This document shows, one piece after another, positions 42,001 to 50,812 of a DNA stretch of 64,000 nucleotides. A program made the position numbers and the translations under genes. The DNA comes from Macrostomum lignano. Lineage: Eukaryota. The notes beneath the pieces are model-generated. The model was not told the DNA's origin. It was given only the letters and a program-made list of their open reading frames with translations, and searched no databases. The stretch is taken from positions 1 through 64,000 of the forward strand of contig NIVC01003997.1 of NCBI GenBank assembly GCA_002269645.1. The letters are read 5' to 3'. Position 1 is the stretch's first letter. Each line of letters opens with the position of its first letter.

Positions 42001-44456
42001 CAGTGAGACTCTCAGGTGAGAATCAGTGAGACACTCGGGTGAGAATCAGTGAGACTCTCAGGTGAGAATCGGTGAGACACTCAGGTGAGAATCAGTGAGA
42101 CAATCAGGTGAGAATCAGTGAGACTCTCAGGTGAGAATCAGTGAGACACTCAGGTGAGAATCAGTGAGACTCTCAGGTGAGAATCAGTGAAACTCTCAGG
42201 TGAGAATCGGAGACAGAGCCAAGCCACACTCACCAGGTTCACAATGGTCCACAAGAACATTTGCCCAGCCAGACACACCAGAGGCACGGCTGTCTGCACA
42301 AGGGCGCTGCCGACTCCCAGCCTGACTGACAGCCACACAGTCAGCACCATAGCAGAAGTTGGGCCATAGACGGTGGTTACGTAATAGGCTGCGTCTCGCT
42401 TCAGCAGCACCCACAGCACTGACTGACGCAGCTTCAGGCCGTTCAGCGCCCATTCTGTGCCAACACGGTCTCCAAGGCCAACCGCTCGGCTGCCGTTGCT
42501 TAGCAACCAACGACGCTGTGCAATAATAGCAGTGTCATTGCCAATCGGGTTTGGTATTCTCAAATTGCTCATGTTTACGGCGCAGAGCTCGGTGTCCAGG
42601 GGGAACAGATGCAGCTGTGGTCGGAGGGGGCAGCTGGATTGTGGAATTCAGTGCGTATAGTGGGGTACCCGCTTCTTTACCTGTCTCACCCATTGTCTGC
42701 CTCTCTCCCTCTCCCTCTCCCTGTCTCCTCTCCTCTCTCTTTCTCTCTCTCCCCCTCTCTCTCTCTGTTCCCCTCTCATATCCCTCTCTCCCTCTCTCTC
42801 CCCTCTCTCCCTCTCTCCCTCTCTCCCTCTCTCCCTCTCTCCCTCTCTCCATCTCTCCCTCTCTCCCTCTCTCCCTCTCTCCCTCTCTCCCTCTCTCCCT
42901 CTCTCCCTGTCTCCTCTCCTCTCTCCCTCTCTCTCGCTCTCCCTCTCTCTCTCTCTCCCTCTCTCTCCCCTCTCTCCCTCTCTCCCTCTCTCCCTCTCTC
43001 CCTCTCTCCCTCTCTCCATCTCTCCCTGTCCCTCTCTCCCTGTCTCCTCTCCTCTCTCCCTCTCTCTCGCTCTCCCTCTCTCTCTCCCTCTCTCTCGCTC
43101 TCCCTCTCTCTCTCCCTCTCTCTCTGTCTCCCTCTCATATCCCTCTCTCCCTCTCTCCCTCTCTCCTCGTCTCCCTCTCATCTACATCTCTCTCTCTTTC
43201 TCTCTCTTTCTCCCTCTCTCTCTGTCTCCCTCTCATATCCCTCTTTCCCTTTGTCCCTCTCTCCCTGCCTCCCCCTCATTCCTCTCGCTTCCTTCTCATT
43301 CTCTTTCCTCTCACCTCTCCCATCCCACCCCTCTCCCTCTCTCACATCCAACTTCTCTCTCCCCCAACGGCCCCTTTCCCACACTCGGTTCCCTCACATT
43401 CAGGCGGCAGGCCACAGTGAGGCTGACAACTCCGGACCAGCTCGAACCGCCGGCTGCAGCAGCTGTCCAGCCGAGCCTCAGGCTAACGTTGATCGCGGTG
43501 AAATTCACTTTGTCCAAGGACTCCAGGCTAGCGACAATGCTGCCGCTGCTGACGAGGTTAACATGAAATTGCAATTATTTGAAGCAGGATTTCATAAGAA
43601 ATTTATTTTCCTTAAAGTGCTCTGCTTGGCATAAATGAAGGTCGCATACAGCGATTGTCTCAGGATAGGGATATCCTTAGGCAGATTCTGACAGACCATG
43701 GATTTCAGCCCATCTTAGCTCTCTTCTCTCCTACTCTGCCCTCTCTTACCCTCCCCACTCTTACTCTCCCCCCTCTTACCCTCCCCTCTTACCCTCCCCT
43801 CTTAACCTCCCCTCTCTTACCCTCCCCTCTTACCCTCCCCTCTTAACCTCCCCTCTCTTACCCTCCCCTCTTAACCTCCCCTCTCTTACCCTCCCCTCTT
43901 AACCTCCCCTCTCTTACCCTCCCCTCTTACCCTCCCCTCTTACCCTCCCCTCTTACCCTCCCCTCTTACCCTCCCCTCTTACCCTCCCCTCTCTTACCCT
44001 CCCCTCTCTTACTCTCCCCTCTCTTACTCTCCCCTCTCTTACCCTCCCCTCTCTTACTCTCCCCTCTCTTACCCTCCCCTCTTACCCTCCCCTCTTACCC
44101 TCCCCTCTTAACCTCCCCTCTCTTACCCTCCCCTCTCTTACCCTCCCCTCTCTTACTCTCCCTCTCTTACTCTCCCCTCTCTTACCCTCCCCTCTCTTAC
44201 TCTCCCCTCTCTTACTCTCCCCTCTCTTACTCTCCCCTCTTTTACTCTCCCCTCTCTTACCCTCCCCTCTCTTACTCTCCCCTCTCGGTCACACTCGCAC
44301 AGTGGTCACTGGACTTTCTATTCTTATAAAAGCTGCACACTCTGCCTGAGGGGTGGTTTGACTCTCCTTAATGACTTACTTTTCACCTGCAGAGCTGGCC
44401 ACAGCAGCCGCAGCAAGCAGTTGCAGAAAAATTACCGCAGCCTGGGCGAGTCCCAT
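39063..44456 (-). CDS. Divergent pentameric ligand-gated ion channel (Cys-loop/Pro-loop family) subunit. Confident exons: 39491-39063 (M2-M3 loop to M4) and about 42680-42234 (loop 7 to M2). Probable exons: about 43550-43400 (beta1-beta2) and 44456-44387 (signal peptide). 5' structure unresolved; one apparent +1 frameshift near 42630
   Basis: Signal-like [23 protein letters not shown]; [21 protein letters not shown]; GTPLY...[11 protein letters not shown] (FPxD loop); [25 protein letters not shown] (M1); [18 protein letters not shown] (M3); [12 protein letters not shown]...YWTVY (M4). The 42234/39491 junction is a clean phase-0 GT-AG. Confidence 0.8.
39539..40050. repeat. Near-perfect 15-bp minisatellite (CAGGTTACCTCAGGA), about 34 units
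   Basis: Directly visible; a single variant unit near 39600. Confidence 0.98.
40550..40940. repeat. 23-bp minisatellite (TTGGATAATCTCACCCAATATAG)
   Basis: Directly visible. Confidence 0.95.
41470..42210. repeat. 23-bp minisatellite (CAGGTGAGAATCAGTGAGACACT)
   Basis: Directly visible; abuts the pLGIC donor at 42233. Confidence 0.95.
42690..43370. repeat. Polypyrimidine (CT/CCT) low-complexity tract
   Basis: Directly visible. Confidence 0.95.
43720..44290. repeat. 12-14-bp C-rich minisatellite (CTCTTACCCTCCCC)
   Basis: Directly visible. Confidence 0.95.
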
Positions 44457-45224
44457 TGCATGCAGTGGCTGAGCGAGTGGCAGAAGCTGGCAGTTATCAA
44501 TGCTAGTAATATATACATGTAAAGTGCAGACGCTTGAATGAGCCTGACAAATGCCTAAATAAGGCATGGCCAGAGGAGGGGCATAAGCAGCAGGGACTCT
44601 GCCCCATCCTCAGCCTCCTATACTCAAGCTGTTGAGCTCCTATTGGATCTCCTAGAGGTGGATCAGGGGATTCTGGGGCTGACTACTCAGCCCCCCGATT
44701 GGTCCGGACAAAACAGCCAGTGGGTATTCGGTCATATTTTTAAACTGCAGGACAGAATGGGAATCCAAAACCCATCTGCTCAGAGAGAGATTACCGGACA
44801 GCAGGGGAGGATTAGCGGCCGCCGCTGCAGATGCGATGCGAAATTCGATATCACTAAATTGCCAGGTGTAGTGACAAAGACTTTGTGAAGACTGGGGTTT
44901 TTCAATTATTAAAGCTACGAGGTATAACAGAAACATGAAATCTGAGTAAACACTGAGTTTATTTGACTCTTTGCTCAAAGAATGTTCCGGAATTGTCCTG
45001 ATGTAGGATTTCTGTGAAGAGCGCATTGGCTGCGGGCTCTTGGCGGCAGGTCTATTTTTAAACAGGCGATACAACAAGAACAGAACAGCTTTAAGCAATT
45101 CAGCAGCAGAATTATTTATGAACAATTTTAAACGTGCTTAAACATACATCAGGGTCAATCGTTTGTGCGGCTTGACGGCAAAATTAGAAATTTCACAACA
45201 GGATATTCTAGTCTCTCAAACTGA

Positions 45225-45645
45225 ATTATCCCCAGATTCCCAAACCGGACATACCAGAATTCGAAACCGGACATCCCCAGATTCCCAAACCGGACATCCC
45301 AGATTACCAAACCGGACATCCCAGATTCCCAAACCGGACATCCCCAGATTCCCAAACCGGACATCCCAGATTACCAAACCGGACATCCCAGATTCCCAAA
45401 CCGGACATCCCCAGATTCCCAAACCGGACATCCCAGATTCCCAAACCGGACATCCCCAGATTCCCAAACCGGACATCCCCAGATTCCCAAACCGGACATC
45501 CCCAGATTCCCAAACCGGACATCCCAGATTCCCAAACCGGACATCCCCAGATTCCCAAACCGGACATCCCAGATTCCCAAACCGGACATCCCAGATTCCC
45601 AAACCGGATATCCCCAGATTCCCAAACTGGACATCCCAGATGCCT
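45225..45645. repeat. 22/23-bp minisatellite (CCAGATTCCCAAACCGGACATCC) just 3' of LAMP
   Basis: Directly visible. Confidence 0.95.
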
Positions 45646-45681
45646 AGAAACCCGGTGCAGTCCAATTTCTGGCTTCCGGCT

Positions 45682-47787
45682 TCACTCCATATTCGAATAG
45701 CGAGTCGCCTTGCCGAGCCGGGTGACCAGGTAGCCGGCCACGATGATCACCATGCTGACCCCGATGACCCCGGCGATGGCCAGGGCGACGATGCCAGTGC
45801 GGTGCCGCCTGGAGTCCGCCTCGCACAGAAAGGCTGCGAGCGGGGAGCGGGCGTCTGTATGAGATCTTGTGAGATCTATGTGAGATCTATGTAGGATCTA
45901 TATGAGATCTATGTAAGATCTATGTGAAATTTATGTGAGATCTATGTCAGATCTATATGAGATCTATATGAGATCTCCGTTGGATCTATATTAGATCTAT
46001 GTAAGATCTATGTGAAATCTATGTGAGATCTATCTGAGATCTATCTGAGATCTATATGCGATCTCTGTGAGATCTATGTAAGATCTCTGTGAGATCTATG
46101 TGAGATATATAAGAGATCTATATGAGATCTCTATGAGTATATATGTGATCTATTTGATATATATGTGAGATCTTGTGAGATCTATGGGAGATCTAAATGA
46201 GATCTATGTAAGATCTATGTGAGATCTATGTGAGATCTAAATGAGATCTATGTGAGATCTATATGATAAAATTGCGATCTATATAACTCTCATAGTCAAT
46301 CTACAGGTACATTGAACTTCTATCAACTTCATATGAAATTAATTGAAATATTTGTACAGTACATTTTAGATTCGAAAATGCACTCTTGATTAAAAAGGTA
46401 GCGTTGTATAAAATTTACACGCACTCCAGCCTACTACTGAGTAGAAATGCATCAACACTATAATCTGCTAAAACAACTCACCTCCATCGTGCGCCTTCTC
46501 CCGCCCGTCCGACTCGCTGAGCGCCGTCTCCAAGCGGACAGCTGGGAAATGGACCAGGGCGCCTTCGCCTGGCGCGCTTTTCAGATCGGCGCCGAGTCGG
46601 CGCCAGCGCAGCCGGATCTCCTCGGGAGAATTGCAGACGAAAGCGTTGCGAACTGGCGCAGCGAATAGCAGCAGAGTTCGCTCGGCCCTGGGCAGCCAGT
46701 ACTCAACAATGGGCGACTCGCCTGCGGTTGCAGTTGGGATTGAGCACGTTTGGAGTGCTGGGATGCCAGTTGGCTCAATGGGGAGTTGCTGAGATGCCAG
46801 TTGGCTCAATGGGGAGTTGCTGAGATGCCAGTTGGCTCAATGGGGAGTTGCTGAGATGCCAGTTGGCTCAATGGGGAGCTGCTGAGATGCCAGTTGGCTC
46901 AATGGGGAGTTGCTGAGATACCAGTTGGCTCAATGGGGAGTTGCTGAGATGCCCTGGCTAAAGGGAGGCCGTAGCCCAGTGGTCCAGCGCGGCGCTCTGA
47001 TGTGCCAGCGGCCCAGGCTCGATTCCAAGTGCAGTCACATTAATGTGGGTCTAAATTGGAATCTCGGCTTGGCTCTGCTCGTGCAATTAACGGCCTTGAG
47101 AGCCAACCCCCCAAGGCGCAGTGAAGTGTACATGCCTAACGATAATATAAAGTTAGGGCCGCTGTACACTCCTGTGTGAGTGTGTGCCTGTGCGTATGAC
47201 TGCGTACGTATCTGCGCGCTTGTGAGCCTGCTCTGGGGAGTCGGCGGAATGGGCAGTAATGCCTCTCGCCGGTTGTGCGACAATGTCGCTTAAAGTGCAC
47301 CAGGGTGCACTCAGCCGTTGTCTCTGATAAAAATAAATGCCATGTCTCGGATCCTGTTAATTTGATTCGCAAAACAGAAGTCCATGAGAAAAGAAGATTA
47401 ATTTTAAAAAATTAATTTTAAAAAAAAACTAAACTTTCATTGCAGCTAGTATACAGCAAGTCCCAGTCGCACAAACCCGACCCACCTTTCACAATGCTGG
47501 CATTGGCGAACACGGGGTCCCTCAGATCGGCGAGCAGGCGGAGGTCGCTAACGAAGCTGTAGGTGACTGTGGCCTGCGAATTTGCGGAGTGATGGTCAAT
47601 TCTACCGGCCGTGCAATGCTGCGTGCTACTATAAGTAGGAGAGAAATCATCAAAAATATTTTTGTCTTGTAACTTCTTACCGGCGAGACTTGGGTCCATA
47701 CGTTGTCGAATACCTGAGGAATTTCAATTGTTAGATTGATTTTGGTTGATTTTGGTCTGCCTGTCTGTCTGTCTGTCTGTCTGTCTC

Positions 47788-47853
<66 letters not shown>

Positions 47854-48550
47854 CCCAGCCCTCACCCGCTCCCGAAAGCGCATCTCGAGCCGCAGGCGGC
47901 CGTCGGCCCAGGCCACCTCCAGCCTGGCAGTCCGATTGCCGCAGTCGCCCTCAACTCGACTGCCGTTAGACGCCGAGGGCAGCGAGACCACCGCTGTGCA
48001 GACGCCCTCTGGCTTGTCGTCTTCCGCCCGGCGGCAGGGGTAGGGCAGCGAGAAGGCCGCCCCGGAGAGGTCGGCGACCACGCAGGGCCGCTCGGAGCTG
48101 CTGGAGTTGCCGGACGGGAAAACCCGGAACTCGCTGGCGCCGGCTCGGGTTACCAGGCCGGCTGCAGGGGCGAGGATGGCGCTGCGTAAGAGAGGCTTTC
48201 AGGCACTGAGACAGACACTGAGACAGGCGCTGAGACAGACACTGAGACAGACGCTGAGACAGATACTCAGACAGGCACTGAGACAGATACTCAGACAGGC
48301 ACTGAGACAGACACTGAGACAGACACTGAGACAGATACTCAGACAGGCACTGAGACAGACACTGGAAGACACTAAGACAGACACTGAGACAGACACTGAG
48401 ACAGACACTGAGACAGACACTGAGACAGACACTGGGACAGAAACGCACAAAGACAAAGACAATCAGGCGGGCAGACCATATCATTTGCTCACAGCTCAAG
48501 ACACTCAGGGCGATGCCAGTCGCCAACACTGAGACGCTGGTGAACTTCAT
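45682..48550 (-). CDS. Single-domain LAMP family type I membrane glycoprotein (LAMP5/UNC-46-like), about 288 aa. Exons (minus) 48550-48493, 48161-47866, 47713-47681, 47573-47486, 46721-46482, 45833-45682
   Basis: Signal peptide MKFTSVSVLATGIALSVLSS; LAMP fold CVVADL...F..PY...VVSLP...VEGDC...LEVAW...LEMRF; W..V..TVTY; FANA; FAAPVRNAFVC..EEIRL; VHFPAVRLE; FLCEAD; then a TM helix and a short tail ending RYSNME (YxxPhi). Exon lengths sum to 867 nt with consistent phases. Confidence 0.85.
45860..46270. repeat. Degenerate 11-bp minisatellite (GAGATCTATGT), last LAMP intron
   Basis: Directly visible. Confidence 0.92.
46740..46955. repeat. 31-bp minisatellite (GTTGGCTCAATGGGGAGTTGCTGAGATGCCA), LAMP intron
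   Basis: Directly visible; ends where SINE copy 2 begins. Confidence 0.93.
46961..47338 (+). mobile_element. tRNA-derived SINE, copy 2 (antisense in a LAMP intron)
   Basis: A box TAGCCCAGTGG (46972-46982), B box GGCTCGATTCC (47016-47026), body shared with 37703-38040, A-rich tail. Confidence 0.87.
47755..47852. repeat. (GTCT)n microsatellite in the 152-nt LAMP intron
   Basis: Directly visible. Confidence 0.95.
48200..48445. repeat. 12-bp minisatellite (GAGACAGACACT), LAMP intron 1
   Basis: Directly visible. Confidence 0.93.
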
Positions 48551-49171
48551 CGGAGCGCGATGGATGAGTAGAAACTGCGCGTCAGTCAGTGAGTTGCCAA
48601 TACGAGCCAAGTCATGCGGCAGCTGCAGGCGACAAGCTAAATTTCTATCAGAGTCTTGGCCTTTTCCTATGCTGCCTGAGCATGGGGGGAGACTGGGGAG
48701 GCTGGAGTGGATGTCGTGGGGACAGAGAGAAGAGTGGACGAGAAGCTGGTTTTTATCGATCGATTTTTTGGCCGCGTGAGAGGAGGCGGGCGAGAATTTC
48801 GGGTTTGGAGGGGCGGCAGAACGGGAAGTGGGAAGGAGGCGAGAGGAGGTTCTGGTTGCTGGGGGTCGCACAGGAAGAGCGGGAAATCAGCTCCAGTTTC
48901 TCCCTCCGGGCCCGTATGAACGATTCTCCTTATTGCAGCCAATCAACTACAAAACTCACTTCTTCCTTCCTGTCTTCCCTAACCCCCTGCTCCTCTTCTG
49001 TCCCTCTCCCTGCCTGTCCCCGACTGTCAGAGCCGTGCACAAATTTCTTATCCTACAGACGGAGAACCAAGCTGTAACTGCACTCTGAGTAACTACTTGA
49101 GTGATTTAAACTATTTCGGGATTTTACAATGAAGAGCGTCGCTATTGGACTTGAGCTGAGAGAGATGGGTG

Positions 49172-49970
49172 GCACTGTTTAGAGTGAGGGTACTGTTTAG
49201 TGAGGTCACTGTTTAGTGAGGTCACTGTTTAGTGAGGTCACTGTTTAGTGAAGTCACTGTTTAGTCAAGGTCACTGTTTAGTGAGGTCACTGTTTAGTGA
49301 GGTCACTGTTTAGTGAGGTCACTGTTTAGTGAGGTCACTGTTTAGTGAAGTCACTGTTTAGTCAAGGTCACTGTTTAGTGAGGTCACTGTTTAGTGAGGT
49401 CACTGTTTAGTGAGGTCACTGTTTAGTGAGGTCACTGTTTAGTGAAGTCACTGTTTAGTGAGGTCACTGTTTAGTGAGGTCACTATTTAGTGAGGTCACT
49501 GTTTAGTGAAGTCACTGTTTAGTCAAGGTCACTGTTTAGTGAGGTCACTGTTTAGTGAGGTCACTGTTTAGTGAGGTCACTGTTTACTGGGGTCACTGTT
49601 TAGAGTGAGGTCACTGTTTAGGGAGGTCACTGTTTAAAGGGAGGTAACTGTTTTGAGTGAGGTCACTGTTTAGTGAGGTCACTGTTTAGTGAGGTCACTG
49701 TTTAGTGAGGTCACTATTTAGTGAGGTCACTGTTTAGTGAAGTCACTGTTTAGTGAGGTCACTGTTTAGTGAGGTCACTGTTTACTGGGGTCACTGTTTA
49801 GAGTGAGGTCACTGTTTAGGGAGGTCACTGTTTAAAGGGAGGTAACTGTTTTGAGTGAGGTCACTGTTTAGTGAGGTCACTGTTTAGTGAGGTCACTGTT
49901 TAGGGAGGTCACTGTTTAGTGAGGTCACTGTTTAGTGAGGTCACTGTTTAGGGAGGTCACTGTTTAGTTT
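49172..49970. repeat. 16-bp minisatellite (GTTTAGTGAGGTCACT), intergenic between the divergent LAMP and GPCR genes
   Basis: Directly visible. Confidence 0.96.
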
Positions 49971-50812
49971 ACTGTTGTGCACTGTGTTAGATGCCTTGTT
50001 CGTTCACTGATCATTCTAATCAAAGTCGCTAAGGGCGGTAAACTAAAGTAATATTTCATTTTCACTTAAAACTTAAAAAATTGCCTTAAAAATAACTTAA
50101 GAAGTTAGTGCCTTATAGTTAAGAAGGTCAAGAGTTCATTCAAGAAGCAAGTAATTCTTTTAAATATCAGATTGAACAATCAAAGCAGAGTGAATTTACA
50201 ACGTGGTGGCACATTTATTTTGGTTTTGCATCGAGAGCATGTTTACAGATTACATCGCAGTCAAGGTTTTGATATCCACTCACAAGAGTTCTTCCAACGT
50301 GCCAACGGACCTTAGTAATAAGGGACCATTTTAAAACAAACAAAGTAATTAAGAGCGCCTATACCTCGCGAATGCATAGCAATGTACACTGACAGGGAAT
50401 GTACATCTCCAGTCCTCATATGGCTAGTGATATGTACAGCTTGTGTGTACGCTGGCTGGGGGGGTACGAGTAGTCAAACCAACCCCCCAACCCTTCCAGT
50501 TCCTGTTCAGCCAATGAGAGCTCGCGAATCAGAATGCACGTAGAGAGCCTCCTCGAACAGAGTCGTAAAATTTTATTTACTTCATTTGTTTCACTGCCGT
50601 GGACCGGTTGTGGGTGCCAGTCTATAATTAGCCGCGACAACGTGCCCAGGGCTGCCTACCCTCCCGCCTAACCCTGTGAATCTGCTTTCCGCTCCGCAAG
50701 ACTTTCATCGACTCTCTCTAATCAGTCAGCTGATAAGAAAGAAGAATTGACTTTAAATACAAGCTGAACTCGACTCAACTATACAGCCTATAGTTAGAGC
50801 AGAGTTTTGATT

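Noticed and set aside
44570-44700. GGTGGATCAGGGG...GGGGCTGA...CAGCCCCCC motif resembling a MITE end (similar at 50455-50495)
   Set aside because: No partner inverted repeat or TSD could be located.
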